This document shows, in pieces, positions 9,011 through 17,659 of a stretch of 64,000 nt of DNA. Every line of letters begins with the position of its first letter. The stretch's first letter is position 1. Position numbers and translations under genes: made by a program. Source of the stretch: Bacillota bacterium. Lineage in GTDB: Bacteria > Bacillota > Sulfobacillia > Sulfobacillales > Sulfobacillaceae. Where the stretch lies: assembly GCA_021797515.1 (NCBI GenBank), contig JAJZZP010000046.1, positions 6,330 to 70,329 on the forward strand, given 5' to 3'. A model generated the notes under the pieces. The model did not search any database, had not been told where the DNA came from, and saw nothing but the letters and a program-made list of their open reading frames with translations.

Positions 9011-10048
9011 CTAGTACCCAATGCTGCCGGCAATCAAGTCCCGCATCAAGGGAAGCCGTTCCCCTTGCCGATAGAGGCGCAAGTCTCTGGTGACGCCCCG
9101 CTTGAAGGCGATTTTCCCCATAGCCGCGATAATATAAAATTTCACATGATGCCAGACTTCAAAATATTGCACGCGCGCCATATCCATCTGTATGCCCATT
9201 AATGACTGATAGGCCTCAATAAATTGTTCAGACGGTATCAAGTATGACAAAAGCGAGCTGTCCATGCGATTTGCTTTGGCAAACACATAGCCAATGTCCA
9301 CATAGGGATCCCCGATTTCCGCCAGCTCCCAATCAAGAATTCCCACAATGTGGTCCCCCGCGTACAGCAAATTTCCTGATCGATAATCACCATGCACCAG
9401 CGTTAAGAGCCCGGTATCCGGCTGGTTTTCCTGAAGCCAACACAGAGCGTCGTCAATGACTGGATCCTCTGTTCCGTCCTTGACGCCTAGATAATCTCGT
9501 TCCATCAACAAAAGCTTCTGCGAGAGATAGGCGCGATAGTTCTCTGGAATTCCCAATGTGGCGCCTATACTTGTGGTTCGCACATTAACCCCATGAATTT
9601 CGGCTAAATACGCCACAAACTCTTGCGCTAGGTTGGCGCGTCGTGGAGCATCGCCAAAAAATTGCCTCCCTTCGCGAGACCATGGTACGATGTTGCGGCC
9701 CGGCAAAAGTTCCATAACAAAAAAAGGCGTTCCCAGCACCGTCGCGTCCGACTCAAACCACAAAGGACGCGGCACAGGAAGCGCCGTATCGTCGGAAAGA
9801 GCCCTTAACGTCTCGTAGTGATGTCGAAGATTCATCCGTTCCAGCGTCAGGCCTGAAGATTCCTTGCGAATCACTATCCGCTCCATTTGAGTCCCACCGC
9901 TTTGCTGCACTTGCAACTCGATCAGATACGTTTCGTCGGACCATCCATCCGACGAGCGATGCAAATTCACCACGCAGATCCGTTCATCAGTACTCCGATG
10001 ATTTTGTAAATATTTCTCTACCGTAGCTGTTAAGGCTGCAGTTGCCAC
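9011..10048 (-). CDS. APH-fold phosphotransferase (LvaA-like / ACAD10-11 kinase-domain-like)
   Basis: The catalytic motifs LVHGDYRSGNLL and ILDWELAEIGDP (HxDxxxxN...DWE) are present. The product is 345 aa. Confidence 0.8.
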   Translation of the reverse strand: MATAALTATVEKYLQNHRSTDERICVVNLHRSSDGWSDETYLIELQVQQSGGTQMERIVIRKESSGLTLERMNLRHHYETLRALSDDTALPVPRPLWFESDATVLGTPFFVMELLPGRNIVPWSREGRQFFGDAPRRANLAQEFVAYLAEIHGVNVRTTSIGATLGIPENYRAYLSQKLLLMERDYLGVKDGTEDPVIDDALCWLQENQPDTGLLTLVHGDYRSGNLLYAGDHIVGILDWELAEIGDPYVDIGYVFAKANRMDSSLLSYLIPSEQFIEAYQSLMGIQMDMARVQYFEVWHHVKFYIIAAMGKIAFKRGVTRDLRLYRQGERLPLMRDLIAGSIGY

Positions 10049-10074
10049 GTGGTCTCAGACGCCTCCCATCCTCA

Positions 10075-11595
10075 TTACGCCTCATCCGATCTCTCCCGCT
10101 CCAGCAATGCGCGCAAATCCTGCTTCTGCACTTTACCCATTGCATTACGAGGCAATGCGGAGACAAATGTCACACGGCGGGGAATTTTAAAATCGGCAAT
10201 ACGATCGCGGAGAAATTCTAACAAATCTTCCCGTGTAATGTCCTGGTTTGGCTTTGCTACGACAAAGGCGTGCGTGTCTTGGCCCAATATTGGATGGGGC
10301 ACACCCACCACTGCGGCTTCCAGTACAGCAGGATGCTCATAGATTATTTGCTCAATCTCAGACGGATAGATATTGAATCCCCCGCGAATCACGATATCTT
10401 TCTTTCGATCCACGATATAGAGAATGCCATCTTCATCCAACCGACCCAAGTCCCCCGTCGCGATCCATCCGTTTCGGTTGATTTTCTCCGTTTCCTCGGG
10501 GTTGTGAAAGTACCCCACCATGGCACTGGGCGTGTGGATATAAATCTCTCCCACTTCCCCCACCGGCAAATCCTTTTCTTCGCTGTCCACGACACGAATT
10601 TCGGTAAACGGAGGGATTGGCCGCCCCACGGCGCCAATCTTCTCCAACGCATATCGATCATCCAGCATGGTACCTCCCGGCCCAGCTTCCGTCAGCCCAT
10701 AAAAGTTAATTAAACCAACGCCCGGAAATCGGCGACGAATCTTATTTATAGCATCGTAGGGCATAATAGATCCTCCGTAGAGGCATAGACGCCACCGACT
10801 CAGCAAGTCGCCGCGGAATTCATCGGATCCTAACAGGAGCAATAACATGGCTGGGACTCCAAAATAAACGGTCGTGCCTAGATTGCGCATCGTACGAATC
10901 GTGTCATGCACATCGAACGCGGGATCAATAACCATGGTAACGCCAGCAAAAAGAGCCGGCAGCAAGTAGGTGTGGCACCCACTTGATGAATAAAACGGGA
11001 TCGCCGTTTGATAGATGTCGGCATCGCTTAAAGAAATAGCGGTAGCGGCGCTAATGGCCAGATGCATCGCGCCGAAATGCGTATGCACTGTGGCCTTGGG
11101 CTTCCCCGTCGTTCCCGACGTAAAGAGAAAGTCCGCCTCATCACCCATGCGCAATTCCCATGGTATGGTTACCGCATCTTGCTCCCCATTCCAGTCCCAT
11201 TCCTCAACCAAATGAACCTCAAACCCATCATCAACCCCGATGTCTGATAAGACACGCTGCCCTTCACGACTGGTTATAATACGTCGGCAGGTGGACTGAG
11301 CCATAATAAATGACAGTTCATGCCCCCTTAGACGGGTGTTGATGGGCACATTCACGGCACCGATTTTATGAACTCCCAAATAGGCAATAACGGTTTCCAC
11401 CGCCCATTGATTATCCAGAAACAGGCCGATTTTGTCCCCTTTGGCCACTCCTTGCGTCATCAGCCAGGCGGCAAAGCGGTTGCTTCTTCGGTCCAGTTGA
11501 CGCCAACTCACCGCAATCGAGCGTTGGGGAGCCAACAAGGCACCAGCGTTAGGACGCATCTGAGCATGATACGAGACCAAATCAGGAATACGCAT
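10075..11595 (-). CDS. AMP-dependent acyl-CoA synthetase (ACS1)
   Basis: The motifs FTSGTTGKPK, YGLTE, TGDLGRLDEDG and the C-terminal GKVQK are present. The start was moved to MRIPDL, which has a GGAGG upstream. Confidence 0.85.
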   Translation of the reverse strand: MRIPDLVSYHAQMRPNAGALLAPQRSIAVSWRQLDRRSNRFAAWLMTQGVAKGDKIGLFLDNQWAVETVIAYLGVHKIGAVNVPINTRLRGHELSFIMAQSTCRRIITSREGQRVLSDIGVDDGFEVHLVEEWDWNGEQDAVTIPWELRMGDEADFLFTSGTTGKPKATVHTHFGAMHLAISAATAISLSDADIYQTAIPFYSSSGCHTYLLPALFAGVTMVIDPAFDVHDTIRTMRNLGTTVYFGVPAMLLLLLGSDEFRGDLLSRWRLCLYGGSIMPYDAINKIRRRFPGVGLINFYGLTEAGPGGTMLDDRYALEKIGAVGRPIPPFTEIRVVDSEEKDLPVGEVGEIYIHTPSAMVGYFHNPEETEKINRNGWIATGDLGRLDEDGILYIVDRKKDIVIRGGFNIYPSEIEQIIYEHPAVLEAAVVGVPHPILGQDTHAFVVAKPNQDITREDLLEFLRDRIADFKIPRRVTFVSALPRNAMGKVQKQDLRALLERERSDEA

Positions 11596-11652
11596 TAACG
11601 CACCTCCGTGAGAACCTTTTGGGATAGGGCCCCTGGCACAGCCTCTCAAAAA

Positions 11653-13839
11653 TTAAGTGCCCATCGGCGCCAGTTCAATTAAACTGGCCGACACCTCGGT
11701 TTGCAGCATGGTGCCGCAATCGGGGCAAATATACTCGACGAGATCCCGACGATAGCCCTCTAGACCCTGGCATTCAATGCCCATGCGGCGCATGGTTCCC
11801 ATCAATTCATGGGACCGGACCACCGTTTGCTTCTTCCACTGCTCATCCTCGCGCATCCCGAGATCCGTACCGCAAAATGCGCAGTAGATTTCCCTGCGTC
11901 CCGGCGTATCGAACACGCCGAGCGGTGCCCGGAAGAATGTCGGCGACTCTTTGGTAAAGTCCTTAAGCGGTTTATGGCCCAGACGCTCTGTGCGCAAGAG
12001 GGTTCGCAGCGCCTCGCTGGCTTGTGCATCAACCCGTTTGGTCTCATCATTGTATACGACTCCATATGCTTCCTTAGCCAGCATGGGCGAAATGTATCCA
12101 TCGCGCAGATCCCGTTCAACCCAGGCCAGTGGGCGCAGCAGCGGGTCCCCAAGGCCTGAGCCTCCTCCCGTTATCTGGCGAAATACGCCGTAAGGCCCCA
12201 ATGTGGTGGATGCTAAGTGATTGCGCAACTGAATCAATCCGGTCACGTCGTCGGGACCGGGCATTCGGCCGTGTTCCCTAATGTACTGGCCAAGGTCAAA
12301 ATTATCCGACTTGAGGAATACAGTAACCGCTCCAGGATATCCCCCCAGCGTTCCATGGGCTGGCATTTGCCCACACGCATTTTCCATGGTGCCCAACAGT
12401 CCCTGACCATGGTTATAGGGTACCCATGCCAGATCCAACCCTTGCCCCCCGCGGTAGAATCCCGGTCCGCCCGAATTGACATGGAGCCGACGATATAAGT
12501 AGAGCATAGGATAAACCCCTTCATTGGTCTCCACTTCGGGAATTCCGTTGTTCAACTGCATGTCGAAAGCCCCCACATCAAGCCCGTCTCCTGTAGCTTG
12601 AGCGCCAATTCCGGCTGAGCCACAGTCAAATACGGGAAATGCAGTATATTCTCCATATTGGTCCAACCCAATCCACGCATTGCCGGGCCAACAATTGTGG
12701 CTTATCGCAGCGACCCGATTGCGGACCCATGGATCCTGGCTCAGCTGCAGAGCTTTTGTGAGCGCTTCAATAAACGCTTTTTCGGTCTTGCCACCCGTTT
12801 CCATATGCCCACACGAGGTAGGCGCCGGAGGCAGTGGATTCACTATGGTGCCGGGATCACCGAACTTAATCTCCATGCTGCGAAACATTCCGGCATTAAC
12901 CGGCACATCGGACCCCAGCATCATCACCAGTACGCCTTCCAGGCAGCCGATGATCGCGCCGGGACCCGCGTTCACAAATCCATTGGATTGGGCTGCTGAA
13001 CCACTCAAATCCACCGTCATGTGATCTTCCGCCACGGTAACGCTGCACATCAGCGGATACAATTCCTGGATCCCATGTCCATCATATTCCACCCATTCTT
13101 GGGACCGATACACGCCGTCGGGTATGGATGCAACGCGCTTGCGGATAAGGTTATCTGCCAATTCCTTATTGACTCCGCAGTACATCTTATAGGTTTCCAG
13201 CCCGTACTTTGCCACCAATTCCTGAACGCGGCGCTCCGCGGTGAGATTGGCCACGATCAAACTTTTAATATCATTAATGACAGGCACCGGCACACGAACA
13301 TTGCGCATAATAATACGCTGAATGTCGCGCAAGATGCGGCCATTTTCCGCAATTCGGATCGCGGGCAGACTTAACGCCTCGGAAAAGACATCATACGCCT
13401 CGGGCGCCCATCCTCCCGGTGACATTCCACCGACATCCAACACATGGGCGTTAGAAAAAGCCCATCCCACCAGTTGCGAGTCGTGATAAATCGGAGAAAT
13501 CACCCCGACATCTCCCTGATGGATGGCGCCGGCCGTGTACGCATCATTGCAAATGAATGCATCGCCGGGACTAATGTCCTCGAGTCCATACTCACGGATT
13601 ACCGCTTGCACCCCGAGTAGTGAGGATCCGAGATGAGCCACAACATATCCCGAAAAAGCTACATGCTCACCGTCCACATCGAAGATTGCCGTGCAAAAAT
13701 CTTGCGCCTCGGTCAGCACCGGCGACCCAGACGTCCGCAACAACATCGTCGCCATTTCCTCTACCACATTCTTCAGACGTTGCTGAATAACCTGCGCTGT
13801 AAAAGCGTCGTATGAATGAACCTGCTCACTGCTGCTCAT
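11653..13839 (-). CDS. Hydantoinase B/oxoprolinase-family subunit (acetone-carboxylase alpha-like) with a C-terminal gamma-subunit-like zinc ribbon
   Basis: The HyuB core reads ...TEAQDFCTAIFD...PGDAFICNDAY...HVLDVGG. The last ~80 aa read YCAFCGTDLG...VEYICPDCGTMLQTEV. The start was set at MSSSEQ, which has GGGAGGGG upstream. Confidence 0.85.
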   Translation of the reverse strand: MSSSEQVHSYDAFTAQVIQQRLKNVVEEMATMLLRTSGSPVLTEAQDFCTAIFDVDGEHVAFSGYVVAHLGSSLLGVQAVIREYGLEDISPGDAFICNDAYTAGAIHQGDVGVISPIYHDSQLVGWAFSNAHVLDVGGMSPGGWAPEAYDVFSEALSLPAIRIAENGRILRDIQRIIMRNVRVPVPVINDIKSLIVANLTAERRVQELVAKYGLETYKMYCGVNKELADNLIRKRVASIPDGVYRSQEWVEYDGHGIQELYPLMCSVTVAEDHMTVDLSGSAAQSNGFVNAGPGAIIGCLEGVLVMMLGSDVPVNAGMFRSMEIKFGDPGTIVNPLPPAPTSCGHMETGGKTEKAFIEALTKALQLSQDPWVRNRVAAISHNCWPGNAWIGLDQYGEYTAFPVFDCGSAGIGAQATGDGLDVGAFDMQLNNGIPEVETNEGVYPMLYLYRRLHVNSGGPGFYRGGQGLDLAWVPYNHGQGLLGTMENACGQMPAHGTLGGYPGAVTVFLKSDNFDLGQYIREHGRMPGPDDVTGLIQLRNHLASTTLGPYGVFRQITGGGSGLGDPLLRPLAWVERDLRDGYISPMLAKEAYGVVYNDETKRVDAQASEALRTLLRTERLGHKPLKDFTKESPTFFRAPLGVFDTPGRREIYCAFCGTDLGMREDEQWKKQTVVRSHELMGTMRRMGIECQGLEGYRRDLVEYICPDCGTMLQTEVSASLIELAPMGT

Positions 13840-13864
13840 AGCTGTCCCCTCCCTAAGCACCTTC

Positions 13865-15952
13865 TCATGCCAACGTTAACGAATAGTTCCGGTACACATC
13901 CATCTCCGCCTCCACTCCGTAGGGCACATAAATGGTCGTATCTCGCGCCTCGATAACAGCCGGACCCGAGATGCGCATTCCCGGCAAAAACCGTTCATCG
14001 CGGAAAATGGAAACGGATTCCTCCGTCTCCCGGTCAGGCAAAAATATTTGGCGATTGCCAATAGAGGCATCGGAGGCATCGGAACCACCCAGCGTGCCTG
14101 CAACAAATCCAGGTTTGGCGGTGCGGCCGACTCCCGTAACCCGTAAATTGAGAATCACAATGAGATTCTCCGCATTTTCCCAGGAAGCGCCCTGTCCATA
14201 GAGACGCTCATACTCCGCAATAAACCGCTGAGCTAGCAGGGCCTTGTCTTCTTCCGTGAGTTCCTTGTGCGGAATCAAAATAGTGAGCTCGTACACCTGC
14301 GTACCAAATTTAAAGTCGCCCTCCCACGTAAGGTCAATATCGCCCGCGCTGAATCCGTTGTCTTGCAACGACGCCGTGACCTGTTGCGAGAGGGTGTCAA
14401 ATACGGTATTGAGTTCGGAAATATTCCCTTTGGCCAAGTTCCAGTTGACGGTCTGCACACTGCTCCGGCTATAGTCAGATAACAATAGTCCTTCAGCGGA
14501 AAAGACCGATGCGTGATGGGGAATGACCACGCGCCGAATTCCCATGTCTTGGGCAATAGCGGCGATATACAGCGCTGAAGCCCCGCCGTATGCCAGCAAT
14601 GCGAAGTCGCGCGGATCATGCCCCCGTTCAATAGTCACAGCACGTACCGCATTGCTCATATTGGACACAACCAAGTCATAGAGACCGGCCGCGGCATGCG
14701 CCGTATCGAGACCCAAAGGCTTCGCAATCTTCTCTTCGATGACTTCCAAAGCGCGTTCTTGGTCCAATGTCAGCGCTCCGCCCAAAAAATAATGAGGGTC
14801 AATGAGATTGATAGCCTCGGCTACATCCGTGACGCAAGGCTCTTGACCGCCACGGCCATAACATGCGGGACCGGGTTCGGCTCCCGCACTTTCAGGGCCG
14901 ACCTCAGGCAACCCCTGATCGGTAACGTGGCAGATACTACCGCCTCCCGCGCCGATGGCGTGGATATCCACCAGGGATAATCCCGTGTCCAGCCGATTTA
15001 CCCGAGCCCGATGAATATGTCCAATTTGATTCTCGACAATGACGGCGGTATCAAAACTGGTGCCGCCCATATCCGCGGTAATAATATTTTTAAGCCCTAA
15101 CAGTTCTCCTAAACGGTTCGCGGCCACAACGCCACCCACGGGTCCCGAGTTTAACAAGTGAATCGGCTTTTGCCGGGCGTCGTCGGTCGATGTAATGCCA
15201 CCGGTAGACTGCATAATACCTACTGGCACAGTCAAGCCCCGGTCTCGAAGACGCTGTTCGAGATTAACGAGGTAGCTTTCCGCCCCGCGTGATGAATAGC
15301 TATTGAGCACTGTAGTGACCATGCGCTCATATTCGCGCGATACCGGGTAAATGTCGGATGAAATCGTGACAAACATCGTTGGGTACAATTCGTGGATAAT
15401 ATTTTTTATGACGCGTTCGTGGTTGGAATTGCGAAACGACCAGAGAAGGCATACTGCCAGTGCCTCAACGTTCTGCACCTCGACTAAATTTCGGATCTGC
15501 CGCGTTGCGTGCTCGACGTCTAGCGGAACGACCACTTCACCCGCGTAATTAATGCGTTCATGTATTTCCACCACATGATCCCGGGATACCAGCTCAGGAG
15601 GCGGAACCTGACTCTGCAAATTAAAGTCGTTGGTTCTTGCGGAACGCGCAATCCGCAGTGTGTCCTTAAATCCCAGCGTCGTCAAAAGGCCCACCTTGAC
15701 GCCTTTTAACTCGGCCAGGGCATTGGTCACAATTGTGGTACCGTTGACAAAGACACGGGTCCTTGACAACAAGTCGCGTACCGACAGCCCCAATTGCTCG
15801 ACAACAGTGTCCAAGGCATTGGTAATTCCTTCGGAATAATCATGCGGCGTGGTAAATGCCTTGGCGCTAAACACCTGCCCCGTTTCGTCTGCCACTACCA
15901 AATCGGTGAAGGTGCCGCCGATATCAACCCCAATACTATAATAATTTAGCAT
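13865..15952 (-). CDS. Hydantoinase A/oxoprolinase-family subunit (acetone-carboxylase beta-like)
   Basis: The sequence MLNYYSIGVDIGGTFTDLV... is followed by a second ATPase motif, ITADMGGTSFD. GGAGA lies 7 nt upstream of the chosen ATG. Confidence 0.85.
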   Translation of the reverse strand: MLNYYSIGVDIGGTFTDLVVADETGQVFSAKAFTTPHDYSEGITNALDTVVEQLGLSVRDLLSRTRVFVNGTTIVTNALAELKGVKVGLLTTLGFKDTLRIARSARTNDFNLQSQVPPPELVSRDHVVEIHERINYAGEVVVPLDVEHATRQIRNLVEVQNVEALAVCLLWSFRNSNHERVIKNIIHELYPTMFVTISSDIYPVSREYERMVTTVLNSYSSRGAESYLVNLEQRLRDRGLTVPVGIMQSTGGITSTDDARQKPIHLLNSGPVGGVVAANRLGELLGLKNIITADMGGTSFDTAVIVENQIGHIHRARVNRLDTGLSLVDIHAIGAGGGSICHVTDQGLPEVGPESAGAEPGPACYGRGGQEPCVTDVAEAINLIDPHYFLGGALTLDQERALEVIEEKIAKPLGLDTAHAAAGLYDLVVSNMSNAVRAVTIERGHDPRDFALLAYGGASALYIAAIAQDMGIRRVVIPHHASVFSAEGLLLSDYSRSSVQTVNWNLAKGNISELNTVFDTLSQQVTASLQDNGFSAGDIDLTWEGDFKFGTQVYELTILIPHKELTEEDKALLAQRFIAEYERLYGQGASWENAENLIVILNLRVTGVGRTAKPGFVAGTLGGSDASDASIGNRQIFLPDRETEESVSIFRDERFLPGMRISGPAVIEARDTTIYVPYGVEAEMDVYRNYSLTLA

Positions 15953-16066
15953 TTCTTTGTCTCCTTCCGTCATGACCCCTTCAACCTCTGCCGCATTCCA
16001 TCAAGTGGTTGCGAGTCGCCCCACTAAAGATCAATAAACATCCAAAATTTTTGGCACTGTGCGCCA

Positions 16067-17281
16067 CTAGCTTTCCGCACCAGGATCCCACGTCTGACCA
16101 TTTTGGTACCGCTTGAGCACTTCTCTGGCCACCAGCATGCGATGCACTTCATCCGGGCCATCATAAATGCGGGCATACCGCGCCTCCCGATACATCCGCT
16201 CCAACGGCATGTCCTCTGTCAGGCCAAGCGCACCGTGCACCTGAATGGCTCGGTCCACCACGTGGTGCAGCATCTGCGCTCCCACGTACTTCACTAAAGA
16301 AACCGCGATACGTGCGTCGCGGCCCGTATCCAATTCATGCGCCGCTTGCAGGGTTAACAAGCGGCATGCTTCAATTTCAGCCACGGAATCCGAAATGAAC
16401 CCTTGAACGAACTGTTTGTCCGCTAACAGAGAGCCGTGAGACTGCCGGGTGATAGCACGTTGGCACATCAGATCAAAAGCTCTTTGGGCCTGGCCAAGCC
16501 ATCGCATGGCATGATAAATTCTGCCAGGGCCGAGGCGGCCTTGTGCAATGCGAAATCCTTCTCCCCGAGGACCAATGAGACTGTCCACTGGCACGCGCAC
16601 GTCTTTCAGGCGCAGCTCGCAGTGGTTTCCCCCTTGATGGCCCATGGTTTTTACCACACGCACGATTTCATATCCCGCCGTGTCAGTGGGAACCAGAATC
16701 ATTGATGCCCGACGATGAGAAACCGCTTGCGGATCAGTAATGCAGAACACGGTAGTAAAGGCAGCTTTATTCGCATATGTCGCAAACCATTTATGTCCGT
16801 TGATGACCCATTGACCGTCTTTGATCTCGGCCGAGGTCTGAATGAGGGTTGGATCGGATCCCGCAACTTCCGGTTCCGTCATGGCCACCGAAGGCCAAAT
16901 CGACCCATCGACCAATCCTGGAATCCATCGGCGCTTTTGCTCTTCCGTGCCATACCGGTATAGCATTAGCGTGTCTTGGGTTTGGTGAGTGCCGAGGGCC
17001 ACCATGGCCGCCTCTGAGCGCCCAATGATTTCATTGACATACACGTAATCTAAAAACGGTAAGCCTCCCCCTCCAATCTCTCGGGGCAGCCCCAGAGCCC
17101 ACAGGCCCTGCTCTTGGGCGCGTTCCTGCACCTGTTTTAACGCCCGTCCATCGTCGTTTCCGTCAATCATCGCGTCTTCAAATGGAATTACCCATGTCTC
17201 GATAAAACTGCGAACCCGCCGGCGTAGAAGAGCAGTTTCCTCCGAGGGTTGAAATCCATGAAATTCCGTTGGTTGTGTCAT
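16067..17281 (-). CDS. Non-canonical acyl-CoA dehydrogenase of the ACAD10/11 / FadE2 / LvaC type
   Basis: The product has an ACAD fold with RLGPGRIYHAMRWLGQAQRA. It has ARIYDGPDEVH where canonical ACADs carry the catalytic-Glu motif (compare [11 protein letters not shown] in the ACAD at 24929-26080). Confidence 0.8.
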   Translation of the reverse strand: MTQPTEFHGFQPSEETALLRRRVRSFIETWVIPFEDAMIDGNDDGRALKQVQERAQEQGLWALGLPREIGGGGLPFLDYVYVNEIIGRSEAAMVALGTHQTQDTLMLYRYGTEEQKRRWIPGLVDGSIWPSVAMTEPEVAGSDPTLIQTSAEIKDGQWVINGHKWFATYANKAAFTTVFCITDPQAVSHRRASMILVPTDTAGYEIVRVVKTMGHQGGNHCELRLKDVRVPVDSLIGPRGEGFRIAQGRLGPGRIYHAMRWLGQAQRAFDLMCQRAITRQSHGSLLADKQFVQGFISDSVAEIEACRLLTLQAAHELDTGRDARIAVSLVKYVGAQMLHHVVDRAIQVHGALGLTEDMPLERMYREARYARIYDGPDEVHRMLVAREVLKRYQNGQTWDPGAES

Positions 17282-17505
17282 CGGCGCTCCTCTTCGTTAG
17301 ACCCCATGGACTAGATGATTCGGGATGCGTTCTGGGATTGCACACAGCTTTATGGCTAAAGCGTGATAAGAATAGAAATTTTGCCGAGTGCCCGCACACG
17401 ACTTTCCTCTCGCCCGCGCCTATCGCCTTTGTTGACGGGCACATCAGAGTACGGCCAGTTGCTTATAGGCTTCACTTTTTTTGAGAGTTAGCTTGCGACT
17501 CTTGT

Positions 17506-17535
17506 AACATACCACCCGGATGGTATGTTTGTCTA
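17506..17535 (-). promoter_or_regulatory. Putative promoter with embedded palindromic operator (unit 2)
   Basis: The minus strand reads TAGACA-18 nt-TATGTT. The spacer and -10 element form the palindrome AACATACCA-N6-TGGTATGTT, a perfect 9-bp inverted repeat. It is homologous to 37317-37345. Confidence 0.5.
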
Positions 17536-17659
17536 TAGTATTTTTCGAATTTTTCTTCGACATAGATTAATGCAAATTTGTACCGGAAACATTCGCTGTT
17601 CCCATACCAGGGAGCCCCATCGGTCGAGAAAACCTCGCCAACAAGACCCCCGGGGAATG

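Noticed and set aside
16051-16066. TGGCAC within the shared 12-mer, read as a sigma-54 -24 element.
   Set aside because: It lies on the strand opposite to the genes. No TTGC -12 element follows at the correct spacing in either copy.
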